Shown: positions 61,801 through 64,000 of the stretch, piece by piece | How positions within the stretch are numbered: position 1 is the first letter of the stretch | Layout: the number at the start of each line of letters is the position of its first letter | Assembly (NCBI GenBank): GCA_973895155.1 | Contig: OZ316897.1 | Coordinates: 18,014,457 to 18,078,456 of the forward strand | Direction: 5' to 3' | Length of the DNA: 64,000 nucleotides | From: Marsupella aquatica | Taxonomy: Eukaryota > Plantae > Marchantiophyta | Translations under genes and position numbers: made by a program | The notes under the pieces: generated by a model | Told to the model about the DNA's origin: nothing | Database searches by the model: none | Seen by the model: the letters and a program-made list of their open reading frames with translations, nothing else

Positions 61801-61913
61801 GGCGACTGGAATTCGGGTAACAATGTGCGAGGGGTCACTACTAATTTTGCAGCATCCGAATTACTGGAGGTCTTGGTAGGTTTTCTTTTATTCGGTGGAT
61901 CTCCCTCAGACAT
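58860..61913 (-). CDS. gag: gag (capsid, 3 CCHC zinc knuckles) fused to aspartic protease
   Basis: CTRCSQQGHYPNEC, CWNCGQPDHYSPQC, CGNCGKEGHLPVEC; protease VDGGASVNLI...LLGRPWL. Confidence 0.95.
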   Translation of the reverse strand: MSEGDPPNKRKPTKTSSNSDAAKLVVTPRTLLPEFQSPGAPAPGSVWKQVGSIQEASGSLERPTSTRPLFVNLRSGPKLIGSQKTKLRQQTVRSVNQIDSGVDSTTERALSHTEGRNLGLPENTVAESLAQDNSVGLSQLDNPEPLSEAGGSSSSETSSSSGLGSPNPFATRSALPFVTLLAPTTMARNNVRYDRFFGTSKEDAEVYLKEFEVAAASNGQSQDAEKANLFGGLMKKGAQKWYDRFPDKQDWGKLKAAFLAKYKEEGAAARAFARISHLHMKKHGSVRKYADKLLDLVDQYNPATSKSTIKDWFINGLPSRIARYVRREGGTTLEEVQEAAQKYVDSEISERKRVKKDLKKDKRKKKKTSRSKSDSETESSESSTSEEDESTNSSTSDSSSSSSDSESVAPKKKKSSVKGNNKVPNQKKMDRMMEELSGQLSKLNVNIAAVKPVRRLPAPMRMNVWCTRCSQQGHYPNECPTLRTPVNYVDAQEEAEEYEYDPAYTVQTAPPGQYFPPPPASRPTWGPPKPTFNKPTSRPPMGPPGGYPPRGMPRQKGACWNCGQPDHYSPQCPYPKQEVGYTPVCGNCGKEGHLPVECPNPAKPRLMVRFAQEPVKEASRPEAKIRMVYSEEMEQCSFIQHMDVNRVELKPDSLFHQPVSGVVPDVLVSHLVKPEVVGMPNDRVQNRDKVLTNIYATTRSKKKETKKHEHQKVAKAPKDEGRKPCKEGLDKEDDPAYDRYDPKYFLPDISLEVKDHLEELVKEQVQSPNPPVVVKAKEPLKNPGYDIVEDVKNHPAHITIGELLQDNPVYRRQLRSLLAGKRRKKKLPSVDVLRTEWEDKGPMEIEVQIQGCVIRRVPVDGGASVNLITQSAAFNLGFTKFEPTPKILRMADQSRVVPIGKLTKVETLIAGVPFLLDYVVINPEIPSSFPVLLGRPWLYKAQVQVNWQSQELSFGKPKVTVSWVPEPHFGETQTDDGYTSDFSTSSLVLQPLEFELEEVRYLEVYLSDAPIKPTRPS

Positions 61914-63107
61914 CCCTCATTCTCCAAGCACGGGTGATTTTGAGACACCAGACCCGCTCCTCAGGAGTCTTTATGCAAGGAGTCACCATTTAGGTGCGAC
62001 GTTATCACCCCACTCCGGGAGATATGAACCTGCTTCCTCAAAGTGACTTCCCGTAGCGTCGTTCAACATCCCTTGCATGATTCCTCCCCCTTGCTATCCC
62101 GTAGCTAATACTTCCCTTCAGTGACCAGCCGAGATTCTAAAACCTCGTTTTCTCTGGTGCGTCCTTCAGGTTGAGACGCGGAAAGGCACACCAGAAGCGT
62201 CGCGCACGTTGGTTCGTCACAGATTCCACCGGACGCTGCTCACAGCGTCCACTGGGATCGGACGCTACTCGAAGCGTCCTGACTTGCGGAATCTTCTGGG
62301 ACGAATCGCATTGGACGCTCTTCGCGGCGTCCTTCCTTATCTCCTTTACGGTGGCGATTACTGGAACCGGGCGTTCCCCATAATCTCCGACTTCCTTCAC
62401 CCTGAAATTTCTTTACCACATGGTACGCTACACTAGGCCATCCTACTAATCAGACGTCTAACTCCTTCCTAATCTTCTACGCAATTCCTGGTGCATGATT
62501 CTTTCCGCTAACTCCCGAATGGAAATGACTAAATATCTCTCCTGTGTGATCCTACCATTCAGCCTTAATATTACTAAATGCAAACTTTCATCTTCCCACC
62601 AGGTGATAGTTAACCAATGTATGCCATTCCTCCCTCTCAGGCTCAGAACCCAAGAATTAACATAACGATTCCTCAAATTCCTAATTCTTAATGTTCCCAA
62701 AGATCGGATAGGTGGCATCGGTCACACGAACCAGGATGGTTGGACAATTTTACAAATCATACGTCCCGAGCAACGTTAGAATAACTTCACTTGTCACTCA
62801 AAGTGTCTTTGGTGTCTTCGACTATCTCCAAAGCAACTTGACGAGCAACAGCTCCTCTCTGTGAGGCCTTTTCTGGTGGGAGGGCGGTTTCTTCTCTTAA
62901 GTTTGGCACCACAAATTTTTCCAATACTCTTAAGAGAGCTTCCGGGGCGCTTTGGATAGAGTACGGCATCACCTCGAAATGGAAGCTCTTCATCTTTTTA
63001 ACTGGAGTGATGACGCATCTTCACAATTATAGTAGAACGTGAATTCCTCTCCCGTCTAGCTCCTTCTGGCATACACTGCCTGTACGTCAATTCAATCTTA
63101 AATTCGT

Positions 63108-63125
63108 TCCCCGGCAGCGGCGCCA
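63108..63125 (-). other. Primer-binding site, tRNA-Asp type (Athila-like)
   Basis: TGGCGCCGCTGCCGGGGA, 6 nt inside the 5' LTR; one mismatch from the Athila consensus TGGCGCCGTTGCCGGGGA. Confidence 0.88.
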
Positions 63126-63131
63126 AAAAGA

Positions 63132-64000
63132 TGTCGTATAGTGCTAAGTATCAAAAGTGACTCTTCTCACCTAAAACCAGGGTTTCGATCCCTTTAAGAA
63201 CAGATTTCAGAATGAATTGTATAACTTTTATCACTCCGAGTGATTTAGAGTCTTGAGCTCTATGTTGACTTCACTTCTCAATAAAAAAAATCGAATAAAC
63301 AAACAACAAAGTAACTGAACTTCTGATTTATGAATTAGAGAAGAAATGAGTAAGGATTTAGAGACTACAAGCTGCTACTGCCACTCCTTCAGAAAGGATT
63401 TGGGCTCAGTATAGACATGAAATCTATCTCATAATTCATCCATCTCACTCTTCAAAACACAAAGGTTAATGATAATGGAATTCTCAATCTGATGAAGCAG
63501 AAGCTTTCTGATTGCAAATGAATGATATGATTTAAAATGCCGTCAACATGGTTTGACATCAGCGATACACAATTCAGTCAAACTCTAAACCATATTCCAG
63601 AATCAAAGCAACAGTACTAACTACTCTGAGAATCAGAATTTACTTCTCATTTATCATTAACTATTCTTGAATTGGCTAGCGAATCCCGACTCTGCAAGCA
63701 AGCCTAGCAGTGAATTCAATACGAGTTTCAGAAATCTGCAACTGAATTCAATCACCACAGGAATCTCTTGAATTCAATCTTAACTTCAATCAATATAGCT
63801 TTACTTCCATACAAAACACTCACAGCATGCCTTGTTACAATGGAAGGAGGAGAAAACTATTCAGAAGACTCAATTCTGAATACAGTATTAACTCTATTTC
63901 TCTCTACTTCAAATGAGCATTCTACTCTGTCTTATAAGTGCTGGAATCCTAAAATGGAGGAGGTAAGAACAGTCGTGCCTTTCCAAGCTTAAAACTAAAC
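63132..64000 (-). repeat. 5' LTR (partial)
   Basis: Direct repeat of 50996-51864. Confidence 0.95.

Larger units (their letters stand above)
50996..64000 (-). mobile_element. Young Athila-like Ty3/gypsy LTR retrotransposon; 5' LTR runs off the window
   Basis: Near-identical LTRs, tRNA-Asp-type PBS, PPT, gag-PR-RT-RH-INT order without a chromodomain, extra 3' ORF. Confidence 0.95.

Overview
Eukaryotic nuclear DNA from a seedless land plant, most likely a bryophyte (inferred from spliceosomal introns and plant-type TE families). Bases 1-~4.4 kb hold an intron-containing host gene on the minus strand that fuses an SbcD/Mre11-type metallophosphoesterase to an SbcC/Rad50-type ATPase. The remainder is a nested transposon stack inside a Helitron that starts at 4556 and whose Rep/helicase ORF is broken into three pieces. 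(1) An 18.3-kb CACTA element (7365-25669) carries a captured RPL18a fragment, a Cys-rich ORF, an intact stand-alone EDM2-type PHD-finger ORF, an intact tandem Pol-lambda-like BRCT ORF, TnpD and a TnpA-like gene. (2) A 15.1-kb TIR element with 4-bp TSD (26307-41391) encodes a Sola1-like DDD transposase, an FCP1/SCP-like HAD phosphatase and a large ParB-like + N4/N6-methyltransferase-fold protein, with palindromic repeat arrays in predicted introns; it is itself hit by a solo LTR and a CACTA MITE. (3) LTR-retrotransposon sequence runs from 44116, into which a young Athila-like Ty3 element (50996->64000) inserted; this has a UGA-CAAUUA readthrough context between gag-PR and RT-RH-INT and an extra ORF apparently spliced to a second retropepsin domain. 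All family assignments come from motif recognition by eye; no searches were run.
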